Shown here in pieces: positions 52,227 through 62,311 of a DNA stretch of 64,000 nt. Within the stretch, counting starts at the first letter, position 1. Every line of letters starts with the position of its first letter. Source of the stretch: Patescibacteria group bacterium. GTDB lineage: Bacteria; Patescibacteriota; Minisyncoccia; Phycocordibacterales; EsbW-18. The translations under genes and the position numbers were made by a program. The notes beneath the pieces are model-generated. The model had not been told where the DNA came from. It did not search any database and worked only from the letters and a program-made list of their open reading frames with translations. The stretch is from NCBI GenBank assembly GCA_038063815.1, contig JBBTUJ010000005.1, forward strand, positions 4,875 through 68,874, in the 5' to 3' direction.

Positions 52227-53000
52227 TTATACACCCTCTGTCAAAATCTCGGGGGCACCGCTCGTGATAAGAATCGTGTGCTCGAACTGGGCTGTGCGAG
52301 AGCCGTCTTTCGTACGATACGTGTATCCGTCGTCCGCAAGAACTATTTCTGTTCCGCCTTCGGAAACAGTTGGTTCGATTGTAATGACCATTCCAGGAAT
52401 GAGTTCAGCTCCTGTTCCCTTTCTCCCGAAGTGAAAAATATGCGGTGCCTCGTGTACGCTATGTCCAACACCATGTCCTCCCAAATCAGGCACAACGGAG
52501 AATTCCGTACCCTTGAGGGATGATTCAATCGCTTCCCCGATATCTCCGAGGTGTGCACCGCCACGCGCCGCGGCAATACCTGCATCACGCGCTTTTTCCG
52601 CCTCTGCAATAAGCCGAGTCCCCCGTTCATCAAGAGCGCCAACGGAAATGGTCACGCACATGTCTGTTATAAGACCCTTGTGTGTCAAACCGGTATCAAG
52701 CGAAACAATATCTCCTTCCTTGATGACCTCGGTATGTTCTTCGGGAACCCCGTGAACCGCTTCGTCGTTTACTGACACGCAGAGAGTTGCGGGATACGGA
52801 TGTTTTGCGCCCGCCGGTTTGTAATTCAAAAATGCTGGGACGTCGCCACCTTCGGTGATAAGACGATGCGCGAGAACATCTAATTCACGCGGATGAACTC
52901 CGGGCGCGACTGCATCCTCGATTTTTCGCACAACAGCCGCCAAACGTCGCCCCCCTTCACGGAGAATCTCAATCTCTTCTGGTGTTTTTATCTTACTCAT
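52227..53000 (-). CDS. map: Methionine aminopeptidase type I
   Basis: CVSVND..HGVP, GHGVG, TIEP, AQFEHT. Confidence 0.96.
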   Translation of the reverse strand: MSKIKTPEEIEILREGGRRLAAVVRKIEDAVAPGVHPRELDVLAHRLITEGGDVPAFLNYKPAGAKHPYPATLCVSVNDEAVHGVPEEHTEVIKEGDIVSLDTGLTHKGLITDMCVTISVGALDERGTRLIAEAEKARDAGIAAARGGAHLGDIGEAIESSLKGTEFSVVPDLGGHGVGHSVHEAPHIFHFGRKGTGAELIPGMVITIEPTVSEGGTEIVLADDGYTYRTKDGSRTAQFEHTILITSGAPEILTEGV

Positions 53001-53586
53001 GGAGAGTCGAAGGAAACAATTCTTCAAATTTCTTCATGATTTCTTCGTGGATCTTCTCGATCGAACCTTCACCATTAATCTGTACGAGATGTCCCTTGTC
53101 GTTGAAAAACTCAAGTGACTTCTCCGTATGTTTTTTGTATTCTTCCATCCGTTCCAAAAGCGTCTCGTCCGTATCATCTGTCCTATTCTCCTTGCCCGCT
53201 CTCTTTTCGATACGATCTTTCATCTCTCCATCGCTTACCTCCAGTGAAAACACCTTATACGGACGCTCAATCCACTCAAGAACGCCGTGGAATAATTCGG
53301 CTTCTTTTAACTGGCGCACAGCACCATCGATGATGAGACCTTGCGACAGAGGGTGAGAGAATATCTCGTCGAGCCACAAATGCATGATGAGCCATGCCGG
53401 AAGCAGGTGGCCGTGATCCATTATCTTCAAAATCTTTTCGCCGACGTGTTTATTCTCCGCAGCAAAAGACCGAAGTCCGCCGCTTGTTTTAAAAAGAGAA
53501 AAACCCGTTTTTTTAGAAAACATCTCTGCCTGAGTTCCCTTTCCTGACCCGGGTTTCCCCAAAAAGACGATTATAGGTGCGTTCAT
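52993..53586 (-). CDS. adk: Adenylate kinase (short LID)
   Basis: GKPGSGKGTQA, RTDD; between secY and map. Confidence 0.9.
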   Translation of the reverse strand: MNAPIIVFLGKPGSGKGTQAEMFSKKTGFSLFKTSGGLRSFAAENKHVGEKILKIMDHGHLLPAWLIMHLWLDEIFSHPLSQGLIIDGAVRQLKEAELFHGVLEWIERPYKVFSLEVSDGEMKDRIEKRAGKENRTDDTDETLLERMEEYKKHTEKSLEFFNDKGHLVQINGEGSIEKIHEEIMKKFEELFPSTLHE

Positions 53587-53603
53587 AACAAAGAGTATAC
53601 CCG

Positions 53604-53687
53604 AGCACGCTTTAAAAAGCATGAGATGCAAGGCGCGAGTGAGGACCGGAACGAGTAACGCAGCAGATCGGCTTTTTAAGGCGCGCT
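53604..53687. repeat. MITE-like hairpin element
   Basis: Imperfect IR agcacgctttaaaaagc/gctttttaaggcgcgct around agatgcaaggcgcg..aacgcagcagat. Confidence 0.55.
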
Positions 53688-54957
53688 AATACTCGCGAAG
53701 AGAGAGTTGTGCATCCACTTTCTTGATGAGATCAATCACAACCGAGACAACGATGAGGAGTCCCGTACCACCAATCGCAAGGGACGTGATACCGGTCACC
53801 GACTGCATGATGAGAGGAAGGACGGCAATGATACCGAGGAAGAGGGCACCGAACATCGTAAGACGGGTCAGGATTGAAGCGATATATGCGGATGTTGATT
53901 GCCCCGGACGAACACCTGGAATGAAGGCACCGCCGCGCTGAAGGTTCTTTGAGATCGCATCCGGGTCAAACGTGACCGCGGTGTAGAAGTATGTGAAAAG
54001 AAAGACGAGAGCAAAATATGCGATCCCGTATACCCACCCATTCGTCACCAATGACAAGAGAAATACAGATGCCTTCTGTGCGATGGGGTTGCTTGCCGCC
54101 GCAAGAAAATTACCGATCATCTGCGGGAAGAGAAGGATCGAGAGCGCGAAAATGATTGGCATCACGCCCGCCTGGTTCAAACGAAGCGGAAGGTATGTCG
54201 AAACGCCACCGTACACCTTGTTGCCGCGGATTTGTCGTGCATACGTGATCGGAATTGGACGCTCGGATTCGGTAATGATGACAACACCCAAGACAACAAG
54301 AAGCGAGATGACGAGAAAAATAATATAGAGAGGGATCTGCTCAGGTGTGAATGTGAATTTGAGCTGTTGAAGTGTCGACGGCAAGCCAGCAACGATACCT
54401 GCAAAGATGATGACTGAAACGCCGTTCCCGAATCCGAATTCCGAAATAAGTTCTCCGATCCATGTCAAAAGGAATGACCCCGCGACGATAACCGTAATGT
54501 TTGTGATGAGATCAAATGAGGAGAGTTCAGGAATGATGCCGTTTTTCTGGAAGAGAACGATGAATCCAAATGCCTGAAGCGCTGCCAAAGGAAGCGTCAA
54601 AAGACGTGAGTACTGCGAGATCTTTTTGCGTCCCGCCTCTCCTTCTTCGTGGTACATCGCCTTCAGTTTCGGCGAAAGAATCGTCAAAAGTTGCATGATG
54701 ATCGATGCGGTGATGTACGGTCCAACACCGAGCATGATGATCGAGAGTCCCGAGAGTCCACCTCCAGAAAAGAGGTTAAGCAACCCGAAGAATTGGTTCG
54801 AGCCAAAGAATTGGTCAAGTGCAAGCGTGTTAATGCCAGGAACAGGAATCGCGGAGAGAACACGCATGATGAAAAGTGCTCCGAGAATAAAAAGAACACG
54901 CCGACGCAATTGCGGATCCGCGAAGAGCATCTTTAGTTTTTGTGTGAACTCGTTCAT
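53686..54957 (-). CDS. secY: Preprotein translocase SecY
   Basis: LGVGPYITASII, GNGVS, FIPGVRPG, GGTGLLIVV. Confidence 0.98.
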   Translation of the reverse strand: MNEFTQKLKMLFADPQLRRRVLFILGALFIMRVLSAIPVPGINTLALDQFFGSNQFFGLLNLFSGGGLSGLSIIMLGVGPYITASIIMQLLTILSPKLKAMYHEEGEAGRKKISQYSRLLTLPLAALQAFGFIVLFQKNGIIPELSSFDLITNITVIVAGSFLLTWIGELISEFGFGNGVSVIIFAGIVAGLPSTLQQLKFTFTPEQIPLYIIFLVISLLVVLGVVIITESERPIPITYARQIRGNKVYGGVSTYLPLRLNQAGVMPIIFALSILLFPQMIGNFLAAASNPIAQKASVFLLSLVTNGWVYGIAYFALVFLFTYFYTAVTFDPDAISKNLQRGGAFIPGVRPGQSTSAYIASILTRLTMFGALFLGIIAVLPLIMQSVTGITSLAIGGTGLLIVVSVVIDLIKKVDAQLSLREY

Positions 54958-54961
54958 AGGT

Positions 54962-55390
54962 TTACTCTACCACTTTCTTCACGCTTGCAGACATCGTCAC
55001 GTTCTCAAACGAGAGTTTCTTCGAAAGCGTTCCCCCTCCCAATATCTTGACCTGGGGCGGGATACCCCGTCGCATCTTGATGATGCCCTTTTCTGCGAGT
55101 GTTTTTGGAGAAACGGTCTCTCCTGCGGCAAATGCCTTTTCGATTGCGCCTATTGAAACAACGACTGGGCGAATAGTGCCATCATTGATGCTGTCTGCAC
55201 GATGCTTACCATATCCACGGCGTTTCGGGAGCTTCTTGATGATGTCACGCGATTCCGGTCGCATGCGGTGTCCCGCGCGCGCTTTTTGTCCCTTGTGACC
55301 TTTGCCGGATGTTTTACCACGCTTTCCTCCGCGTCCGACACGCTTTTTGAATGTGCGAGGTGTTGTTGGTTTTAATGTGTGAAGTTGCAT
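54962..55390 (-). CDS. rplO: 50S ribosomal protein L15
   Basis: RVGRGGKRGKTSGKGHKGQKAR. Confidence 0.96.
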   Translation of the reverse strand: MQLHTLKPTTPRTFKKRVGRGGKRGKTSGKGHKGQKARAGHRMRPESRDIIKKLPKRRGYGKHRADSINDGTIRPVVVSIGAIEKAFAAGETVSPKTLAEKGIIKMRRGIPPQVKILGGGTLSKKLSFENVTMSASVKKVVE

Positions 55391-55408
55391 ATGGAAAGTT
55401 ACAATTCG

Positions 55409-56065
55409 TTATACGCTATTTTTTGTTCGAGAAACACGTCGAGAGTGTTGCAAAAGTTGCTGGAGTGCCTTCAGAGCCGCTTGTGCGTTGTTGAGTTTAT
55501 TCTTCGACGGTGAAAGGATTTTTGCACCAATGTCACGCAACCCTCCCAACTCAAGAACGTCACGCACTGCTCCTCCTGCAACAATACCTCGTCCTGGTGC
55601 TGGGTAAATAAGAACCGAACCACTTGAGTATTTCGCACGAACTTCGTGTGGAATCGAGTTTGTCTTCGTAAGAGGAATCTGGATCTTGTGTTTGACCGCG
55701 TTTCGGTATGCTTTATCAACCGCAAGGGCCGTGTCGCCCGCCTTGCCTGTACCAACACCAACCACTCCACGGCGGTTTCCCGCGACGAGAGTGACACTGA
55801 AACTGAAGCGGCGTCCTCCGGCAACAACACGCGTCACACGGCGGATACCAAGGATACGCTGATCAAATTCCGCTTTGACGCGCTCCGGTCGGCCGCGTCC
55901 ACGAGAACGGCGCGGGTTTTTTGAAAATTCTTTTCCTCCGCGTCCGCCCCCATCGCGTGAGTGGTCTCCACCGACCGCAGTCGTTGGTCTTGCTTCTTGC
56001 GGCGCTGAAACAGGAGCAGGTGTTGGTGCTGGAGTTACAGGGTCTGTGTGTGGTGTGTCATTCAT
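55409..56065 (-). CDS. rpsE: 30S ribosomal protein S5 with disordered N-extension
   Basis: RRVTRVVAGGRRFSF, PAPGRGIVAGG. Confidence 0.96.
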   Translation of the reverse strand: MNDTPHTDPVTPAPTPAPVSAPQEARPTTAVGGDHSRDGGGRGGKEFSKNPRRSRGRGRPERVKAEFDQRILGIRRVTRVVAGGRRFSFSVTLVAGNRRGVVGVGTGKAGDTALAVDKAYRNAVKHKIQIPLTKTNSIPHEVRAKYSSGSVLIYPAPGRGIVAGGAVRDVLELGGLRDIGAKILSPSKNKLNNAQAALKALQQLLQHSRRVSRTKNSV

Positions 56066-56069
56066 ATAA

Positions 56070-56417
56070 TTAAAATACAAGTCCTTCTGCACGAGCTGAA
56101 TCAGCAAGACGTTTCACAAGTCCTCCGTATGAAAATCCTCCACGATCGAACACGACCGTTGTGATCTTCTTCTCTTTTCCCGCAAGAGCAATCGCTTTCC
56201 CAACCTTCTCCGCCTTCTCGGTCATCTTTCCTTTCATGCCTTTTGATGATGCCGCGGCAACAGTGATACCTTTCGTATCGTCGATCATCTGTGCGTACAC
56301 CTCTTTGTTGGAACGAAATACCGAGAGACGTGGACGCGCTTCGGTGCCCGAAATCTTCGCGCGGATGCGTGCTTGTCGTCGTACTCTCTTTTCTTTTTTT
56401 GTTTGAACGATCGTCAT
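56070..56417 (-). CDS. rplR: 50S ribosomal protein L18
   Basis: RPRLSVFRSN, VVFDRGG. Confidence 0.97.
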   Translation of the reverse strand: MTIVQTKKEKRVRRQARIRAKISGTEARPRLSVFRSNKEVYAQMIDDTKGITVAAASSKGMKGKMTEKAEKVGKAIALAGKEKKITTVVFDRGGFSYGGLVKRLADSARAEGLVF

Positions 56418-56425
56418 ATGGTTCG

Positions 56426-56959
56426 TTATGCTGCGCGCTTACCTTCCTTGCGACGAATAACTTCGGTATCGTAGCGGATTCCTTTTCCCTTGTATGGTTC
56501 CGGTGGCTTCTGATCGCGGATACGTGCTGCAAATTGTCCGACGAGTTCCTTATCAATTCCGGAAAGTGTAATCGTGCCTTTTTCAACGGTGAGTGTGATG
56601 CCGGCGGGAATCTCCATAACGACAGGGTGTGAAAATCCGAGTTGCATCGTGAGTTTATTCGCCGACGCTTCTGCGCGGAATCCAACTCCTTCAACGATGA
56701 GTTTCTTTTGGTACGCCGCGTTTACACCCTTCACCATGTTCGCGATGTGCGAGCCATATGTTCCCCACAACGGCGAGAGGTCGGTTTCCTCGTGTGCGGG
56801 TTTCAAAGTGACTTCACCGTTCTCAACAGCGATCAAGATGTCCGACTTGAAGCTTCGTGAGAGTTCTCCGAGAGGTCCTTTAACAGTTACCAACGGACCG
56901 TTAACGGTGACGGTTGTTTTCTCAGGTATCTTGATGTTTTGTTTTCCAATACGGGACAT
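56426..56959 (-). CDS. rplF: 50S ribosomal protein L6
   Basis: MSRIGK, PEPYKGKGIRY. Confidence 0.97.
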   Translation of the reverse strand: MSRIGKQNIKIPEKTTVTVNGPLVTVKGPLGELSRSFKSDILIAVENGEVTLKPAHEETDLSPLWGTYGSHIANMVKGVNAAYQKKLIVEGVGFRAEASANKLTMQLGFSHPVVMEIPAGITLTVEKGTITLSGIDKELVGQFAARIRDQKPPEPYKGKGIRYDTEVIRRKEGKRAA

Positions 56960-56987
56960 AGAATTACTTGTGGTGAGCGTTATCGGT

Positions 56988-57383
56988 CTACCAGATTTCG
57001 AAAAGGGCTTCGCCACCGACTTTTTCTTTTCGTGCAGCATCTCCCGTCAAAACACCTTTTGGTGTCGAGAGAATGACGCGTCCGTATCCGCGACGAACAG
57101 GAACGATATCTTTTACTGCGTAGTACACGCGCCGTGACGGTTTTGAAACGCGCTTTACGTCATGAACACGTGACCCCATGTCATCCGTTGCAACAGTAAC
57201 TTCGAGAGAGGGGCGCCCTCCTTTCTTTCCCTTTTTTGAAACATCAGAAAGAAATCCTTCTTTTTGTAAAACCTCCGCGATCGACTGTTTAATCTGAGAG
57301 TACGGAGTACGCACGACACCCTTACCTCCCTGTGCGGCATTCTTGATAGCAGTTATGAAATTTGCGATTGGATCGGTTACCAT
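56988..57383 (-). CDS. rpsH: 30S ribosomal protein S8
   Basis: [20 protein letters not shown]. Confidence 0.97.
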   Translation of the reverse strand: MVTDPIANFITAIKNAAQGGKGVVRTPYSQIKQSIAEVLQKEGFLSDVSKKGKKGGRPSLEVTVATDDMGSRVHDVKRVSKPSRRVYYAVKDIVPVRRGYGRVILSTPKGVLTGDAARKEKVGGEALFEIW

Positions 57384-57646
57384 GATGCTTTTTTAACGCC
57401 AGGAATCATTCCTTTGTTTGCGAGCTCTCGAAAACAGATACGGCAGAGACCGAAGTCCCGCATGAATCCACGAGAGCGACCGCATTTAAAACAACGGTTT
57501 TTTGAACGCACCGGCGATGCGTTCTTCTTGAGCGCTTGAAGTCCCTCATGGTCATGTGCAACCTTGAGCGCCGTGCGCTTTTCGCGGTTCTTTGCTATGA
57601 GCGTGTGCCGTTTTCGGTCTCGCGCTTTGAGGGCTGTGCGTGCCAT
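57377..57646 (-). CDS. rpsN: 30S ribosomal protein S14 (89 aa, four Cys)
   Basis: [21 protein letters not shown]. Confidence 0.97.
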   Translation of the reverse strand: MARTALKARDRKRHTLIAKNREKRTALKVAHDHEGLQALKKNASPVRSKNRCFKCGRSRGFMRDFGLCRICFRELANKGMIPGVKKASW

Positions 57647-57811
57647 GAATAGTTGGTTGTAGGTCGTTGGTTGTCTGTTTTGCGACGACAGTCACAATAA
57701 AACACCTGCCTTTCTTGATACCCATGGATCACGCTGAGCGGGACCGGCTGGTATCTAAAGGCGGATAAGTCCCCCGCAAAGCGGGGCAAGCTCTCGAAAC
57801 GAAAGCCCAGC

Positions 57812-57877
57812 TATCCTAGCAAAAAACGACCCCTCTGTCAAAAACGAAAGTCCGCTCCCTTGCGGAGCGGACTTTCA
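57812..57877 (-). promoter_or_regulatory. Terminator after rplE plus internal promoter for rpsN
   Basis: Hairpin gaaagtccgctcc/ggagcggactttc; TTGACA...TAGGAT just downstream. Confidence 0.7.
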
Positions 57878-57882
57878 CGTTC

Positions 57883-58467
57883 TTATGACTCTTTGTTTTT
57901 CTTTCCTTTCTTTTTCTTCGGTTCGGATTCCTTTTTGAAAGGGATGCCCATGTATTCAAGATATTTTTCTGCCTGTTCGCGATTCTTTGCCGTTGTGACG
58001 ATTGTCACTGCCAAACTGAATACGTCTTTCAGTTCCTCGTCTGCCGTTTCGGGGAAAATGCTGTGCTCCTTGATACCAATTGTGATATTTCCCATCGGAT
58101 CGATCGATTCACGCGCAATGCCACGAAAGTCGCGGCTTCGAGGAAGCGCGATATTGATCAGGCGATCGAGAAAATCGTGCATACGCACACCACGGAGGGT
58201 CACTTGGTATCCGATTACTGTTCCCTCACGAAGCTTGAACGATGCGATCGATTTCTTTGCCGCGCGCGGTGCGGGTTTCTGTCCCGTGATCTTCGCAAGT
58301 CGGTCCTCGATAACTTCGATCTTTTTCTTGTCCTTCACCGATCCAACACCGACAGACACGACCACTTTTGTGACATGTGGAAGTGCCATTGTGTTCTTGA
58401 CGGAAAGTGCTTCAGCGATCGTGCTGAATGCTTTTTTCTGTTTTTCTTTTATTGAAAGGGTGCTCAT
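57883..58467 (-). CDS. rplE: 50S ribosomal protein L5
   Basis: ITGQKP, FKLREG, VTLRG, LPRSRDFRG. Confidence 0.97.
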   Translation of the reverse strand: MSTLSIKEKQKKAFSTIAEALSVKNTMALPHVTKVVVSVGVGSVKDKKKIEVIEDRLAKITGQKPAPRAAKKSIASFKLREGTVIGYQVTLRGVRMHDFLDRLINIALPRSRDFRGIARESIDPMGNITIGIKEHSIFPETADEELKDVFSLAVTIVTTAKNREQAEKYLEYMGIPFKKESEPKKKKGKKNKES

Positions 58468-58492
58468 ACCAGTTCGTTAGTTCATTAGTTGC

Positions 58493-58711
58493 TTAGTTTG
58501 TTTTCTTTACATTTGAAACGTGAATCGGCATCGACTTATCTAAGATCTGCCCCTTCTTTGTTCCCTTTCGCGCTTTCTGATGACGCTTCACAACGTTTAC
58601 ACCCTCGATCAAAACCATGTCTCTCTTGGGAAATGCTTGGAGAATCGTGCCTGTCGCACCTTTATCCTTCCCCGCAATAACTGTTATTTTGTCTCCTTTT
58701 TTGACGTGCAT
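58493..58711 (-). CDS. rplX: 50S ribosomal protein L24 (short, 72 aa)
   Basis: [23 protein letters not shown]. Confidence 0.95.
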   Translation of the reverse strand: MHVKKGDKITVIAGKDKGATGTILQAFPKRDMVLIEGVNVVKRHQKARKGTKKGQILDKSMPIHVSNVKKTN

Positions 58712-58815
58712 GTTTTTAAGTTCCAAGTTCCAAAATCCAAATTCCAATCTAGGGTATCATTGTTTGGAGTTTAGTTAGTGTTTGGTATTTGGTAGTTGGA
58801 TTTTGGATTTTATTC

Positions 58816-59187
58816 TTATACAACTTCAGGCGCAAGAGAAATGATCTTCTGATATCCACGCTCACCGAGTTCGCGTGGGATGGGACCGAAGATACGGTTT
58901 GCCTTTGGTTCGGGCTTTACTTTATCAACGAGAACAACCGCGTTCTCATCAAAACGAACGTATGATCCATCCTTGCGACGGAATGCTTTCGTTTGACGAA
59001 CCACAACAGCGTGGACGACCTCCTTTTTCTTGACCGCTTTGCGGGGTTGTGCGAGCTGAATCGAGATCACCACCTTGTCCCCGATTGAAGCGTAGCGTTT
59101 ACGTGATCCGCCCAATACCTTGAACACACGACCCAATGTCGCACCTGAGTTGTCAGCAATATTCACGATGGAACGAGGTTGGATCAT
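58816..59187 (-). CDS. rplN: 50S ribosomal protein L14
   Basis: ADNSGA, RFDENAVV, SLAPEV. Confidence 0.98.
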   Translation of the reverse strand: MIQPRSIVNIADNSGATLGRVFKVLGGSRKRYASIGDKVVISIQLAQPRKAVKKKEVVHAVVVRQTKAFRRKDGSYVRFDENAVVLVDKVKPEPKANRIFGPIPRELGERGYQKIISLAPEVV

Positions 59188-59189
59188 AA

Positions 59190-59438
59190 CTATGCAACTA
59201 CTTTAAAGTGCTTATCTTTTGAGATCGGGCGCGTTTCGACGATTGTTACCTTGTCTCCGACTGCAAGCGTGTTCCCAGGATTGTGCGCCTTGTATCGCTT
59301 TCGTGTCTGCATGTACTTTCCGTACTTCGGGTGCTTCACGTACCGCTCAACAATGACAACAACCGTGTCTTTCATCTTGTTTGATACGACGACACCTGAG
59401 AGCGTTTTTGTTTTTTTAACTGTGTTTTCCATATGCAT
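59190..59438 (-). CDS. rpsQ: 30S ribosomal protein S17
   Basis: GVVVSNKMKDT, HPKYGK, ETRPISK. Confidence 0.97.
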   Translation of the reverse strand: MHMENTVKKTKTLSGVVVSNKMKDTVVVIVERYVKHPKYGKYMQTRKRYKAHNPGNTLAVGDKVTIVETRPISKDKHFKVVA

Positions 59439-59632
59439 TATGCGTTCCGTCGCGCCGACATGGCTGTTAATGCACGGGCGATATCCTTGCGGTTCTCACG
59501 TACTTTCTTCACATCTCTTCCCTTACTCCCTGCAACAACGAATCGTTCACGGCGAATCGCCTCTCGTGTCTCATCAACGAGAGAGAAGAGTTCTTTGTCA
59601 TTTTTCTTTTGTATATCGGTCATGGATGCCAT
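59438..59632 (-). CDS. rpmC: 50S ribosomal protein L29
   Basis: RKDIARALT; operon position. Confidence 0.9.
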   Translation of the reverse strand: MASMTDIQKKNDKELFSLVDETREAIRRERFVVAGSKGRDVKKVRENRKDIARALTAMSARRNA

Positions 59633-59730
59633 GTGGAGTGGAAAGTTGCAGGTTATAAGGTTTATAAAGTAAATGCAAGGTTTTTTTCTTTATGAACTTT
59701 ATAACTTGATAAACTTTATGAACTTTTATT

Positions 59731-60153
59731 TTAGTGTGTGCGCGAAACAATCTTTGTAATGACGGGCATCTTTGCTCCACCCTTGCGCAACACCTCTCGC
59801 GCAAGCACCTCGTCAACTCCGTCAACTTCAAAAAGCATTCGTCCTGCTTGAATCGGTGCCACAAAACCAACAGGTGCCCCTTTTCCTTTACCCATGCCGA
59901 CTTCCGATCCTTTTGCCGTCACCGGTCGGTCAGGAAAAATCCGCGTCCAGATTGTTCCGTTCTTTCCAAGTGCGCGACGCATCACACGGCGAGATGCTTC
60001 AATCTGGTTACTGGTGATGCGACCAGGGGCCATCGCTTTCAAACCATACGCACCGAAAGAGAGTTTGACGCCACGCCCAGCAAGACCAACACGCAAAGGA
60101 TTGCGCCGTCCTGTCTGCCACTTTCTGTATTTTACTTTTTTAGGAAACAACAT
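59731..60153 (-). CDS. rplP: 50S ribosomal protein L16
   Basis: PKKVKYRK, RIFPD, MGKGKG. Confidence 0.97.
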   Translation of the reverse strand: MLFPKKVKYRKWQTGRRNPLRVGLAGRGVKLSFGAYGLKAMAPGRITSNQIEASRRVMRRALGKNGTIWTRIFPDRPVTAKGSEVGMGKGKGAPVGFVAPIQAGRMLFEVDGVDEVLAREVLRKGGAKMPVITKIVSRTH

Positions 60154-60176
60154 ATACGTTCAAAGTATGAAAAAAT

Positions 60177-60863
60177 CTATCGTTTTGCGGCTGCCGCTTT
60201 TTCTGCTTCTTGTGCAAAGATCTCTCCGCGGTAGATCCATACACGGATACCGATTTGTCCCTGCGGAATGTGCGCCTCATCATGCGCGTAATCAATGTCT
60301 GCGCGGAATGTCTGAAGCGGAATACGACCTCGTTTGATCTGTTCCCTGCGTGCCATGTCAGCACCGCCCAATCGTCCTGCAAGGTGGATACGCACTCCTT
60401 CAACATCCCTGTTTGCCATCACTTTCTCTGCTGTTTGTTTGAGGACGCGGCGGAATGGGAGACGTTTCTCGATACCTTCACGAACCATGAGCGCAACAAT
60501 CGCCGCATTTGATTCAGGGGACTTGATTTCTTCAACATCAAATTTGACCGTTTCTGCACCAGCAAGTTTATTGTCGAGAATGAATGCTTCAAGCAACTTC
60601 CGGATACGTGAGATACCCTCTCCGCTCTTTCCGATGATAAGACCGGGGCGTGATGTTTTGACGAGAATCTTCAATTGGTTTCCGTGTCGTTCCATCTCGA
60701 TGCCACCAACGTGCATCTCGCGCATGAGTTTGTGGAGAAAGCCGCGCACGAGAACGTCCGTTTTGAGGAATGCCTGATAGTCACCATTACGCGCGAACCA
60801 ACGCGACTGCCAATCGCGCAAAATTCCGAGGCGGTGTGCAAATGGATGAACGTGGTGTGTCAT
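60177..60863 (-). CDS. rpsC: 30S ribosomal protein S3
   Basis: RPGLIIGK, GRLGGADMAR, PLQTFRADIDY. Confidence 0.97.
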   Translation of the reverse strand: MTHHVHPFAHRLGILRDWQSRWFARNGDYQAFLKTDVLVRGFLHKLMREMHVGGIEMERHGNQLKILVKTSRPGLIIGKSGEGISRIRKLLEAFILDNKLAGAETVKFDVEEIKSPESNAAIVALMVREGIEKRLPFRRVLKQTAEKVMANRDVEGVRIHLAGRLGGADMARREQIKRGRIPLQTFRADIDYAHDEAHIPQGQIGIRVWIYRGEIFAQEAEKAAAAKR

Positions 60864-60890
60864 AAATAATAGAAGTGAGAGGGTTTGAAG

Positions 60891-61277
60891 TTAGGCGTTA
60901 GCGGCTGGTTTGGTCTTGGATTTTTTTGGTTTTTGAATTTTGGATTTTGGATTTTCTTGTGCGAGAACAAGGATGATATTGCTTGCGTGCTTGTCAATCC
61001 GTGTTGCCCGTCCTTGTGCTCGAGGAATCGAGCGACGCATCGTGAGACCCTTATCAACCCGGATTTCTTTGATGATGAGCGACTCAACACCGATACCATC
61101 TTTGCTTTTTGCATTTGCGATTGCTGACTCCACCAATTTTTTGAGCGCGCCCGTTGCACGCTTCGGTGTTGTATCCAAAAGAAGAAGCGCTCGGGTAACC
61201 GACTTTCCTTTGATGAGATCGGCGACAAGACGCACCTTTCTCGGCGATTGTCTGTAGTTTTTAAGGTACGCGCGCAT
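60891..61277 (-). CDS. rplV: 50S ribosomal protein L22
   Basis: SPRKVRLVADLI, PRAQGRA. Confidence 0.97.
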   Translation of the reverse strand: MRAYLKNYRQSPRKVRLVADLIKGKSVTRALLLLDTTPKRATGALKKLVESAIANAKSKDGIGVESLIIKEIRVDKGLTMRRSIPRAQGRATRIDKHASNIILVLAQENPKSKIQKPKKSKTKPAANA

Positions 61278-61379
61278 GGTAGTTATAAAGTTCGAAAGTT
61301 ATAAAGTTCATCAAGTTCGTATAGGAATTTGAGATTGAAGAGATTTTGACTTTATAACTTTATAAACCTGATAAACTTT

Positions 61380-61736
61380 TTACTTTTTGGCTGCCGGTGC
61401 TGCTGCAGTATCCGCTGCGGCCTTCGCCCCCTTCGCTGCTGCGATCTCTGCGTCCTTCTTCGCTTGGTCGAGTGCCTTTTGCATCTGTCCTCCGTGTCGG
61501 CGGAATGTCTTTGTTGGTGAAAATTCACCAAGACGGTGTCCAACCATTTCTTCGGTTACAAACACATCGAGAAAACTCTTCCCGTTGTGTACACCAAATG
61601 TATATCCGACCATTTCAGGCGCAATGATACTCGCGCGAGCCCATGTTTTGATGGTCGCACCACCGGCTTTTCCGGCAGCAACCTTCTTCATGAGTTTCGC
61701 GTTCAAATATGGTCCTTTCTTGAGGGATCGGGTCAT
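61380..61736 (-). CDS. rpsS: 30S ribosomal protein S19 with A/K-rich C-tail
   Basis: [24 protein letters not shown]. Confidence 0.97.
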   Translation of the reverse strand: MTRSLKKGPYLNAKLMKKVAAGKAGGATIKTWARASIIAPEMVGYTFGVHNGKSFLDVFVTEEMVGHRLGEFSPTKTFRRHGGQMQKALDQAKKDAEIAAAKGAKAAADTAAAPAAKK

Positions 61737-61825
61737 GGATGTTGAACAAAAAGAGCCCCAGTGGCTCGCAAAGTATCGTAGCAAAAAATAAGGAAATGTA
61801 AACCCCTACCACAACATCCTGACTA

Positions 61826-61866
61826 AACACTCGGTGTCCGGTCAAACTGACCGGACACCGAGTGTT
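61826..61866. repeat. Perfect 19-bp palindromic (REP-like) element
   Basis: aacactcggtgtccggtca-aac-tgaccggacaccgagtgtt. Confidence 0.85.
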
Positions 61867-62006
61867 GCACGTACCGATGTAATGTCTGTAAAACCTTGTG
61901 GAGGTGTGCAAAACGAGGTATAGTTTTTGTTGGGCACAGTTCTTTGTTTTTTGTAGTTTGGAATCACCTTTTCCGCATGGAGCGGAAGGGTTCGCAGGAG
62001 AAGCAC

Positions 62007-62207
62007 ATGAAGGATGCGGAGCGGAACGAAACCGACCAGCCATGCCTTTGCGAAAAGAGTCACGCCGTCATGCAGCGGCATGGCAAACCGACCGAGGTTC
62101 GAATTCTGAGCCTCAGCCACCGCAGAGGAACTGCCTGCGTCCGACCGCTCAAGGGAGCGTCGGGGACACTGGTCGTCTCAATCGCTGCCCTCGTCGCTCT
62201 CACGTAA
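62007..62207 (+). CDS. Small hypothetical protein antisense within the S10 cluster
   Basis: AGGAG 6 nt before ATG; upstream TTGTGG-N17-TATAGT; terminator aaggcgccgc..gcggcgcctttt at ~62239-62269. Confidence 0.45.
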   Translation: MKDAERNETDQPCLCEKSHAVMQRHGKPTEVRILSLSHRRGTACVRPLKGASGTLVVSIAALVALT

Positions 62208-62280
62208 CACCCCCCCTCGCACTACCCCCCACCCCCCGAAGGCGCCGCAAGTAGTACGCGGCGCCTTTTCTCATTCACAA

Positions 62281-62311
62281 AACCACCCCCGCCTTTCGGC
62301 GGGGGTGGTCT
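62281..62311 (-). terminator. Terminator after rplB
   Basis: accacccccgcc-tttc-ggcgggggtggt. Confidence 0.8.

Noticed and set aside
61930-62270. RNase P RNA
   Set aside because: The conserved GAGGAAAGUCC and 3' CGGCUUA P4 strands were not found on either strand.
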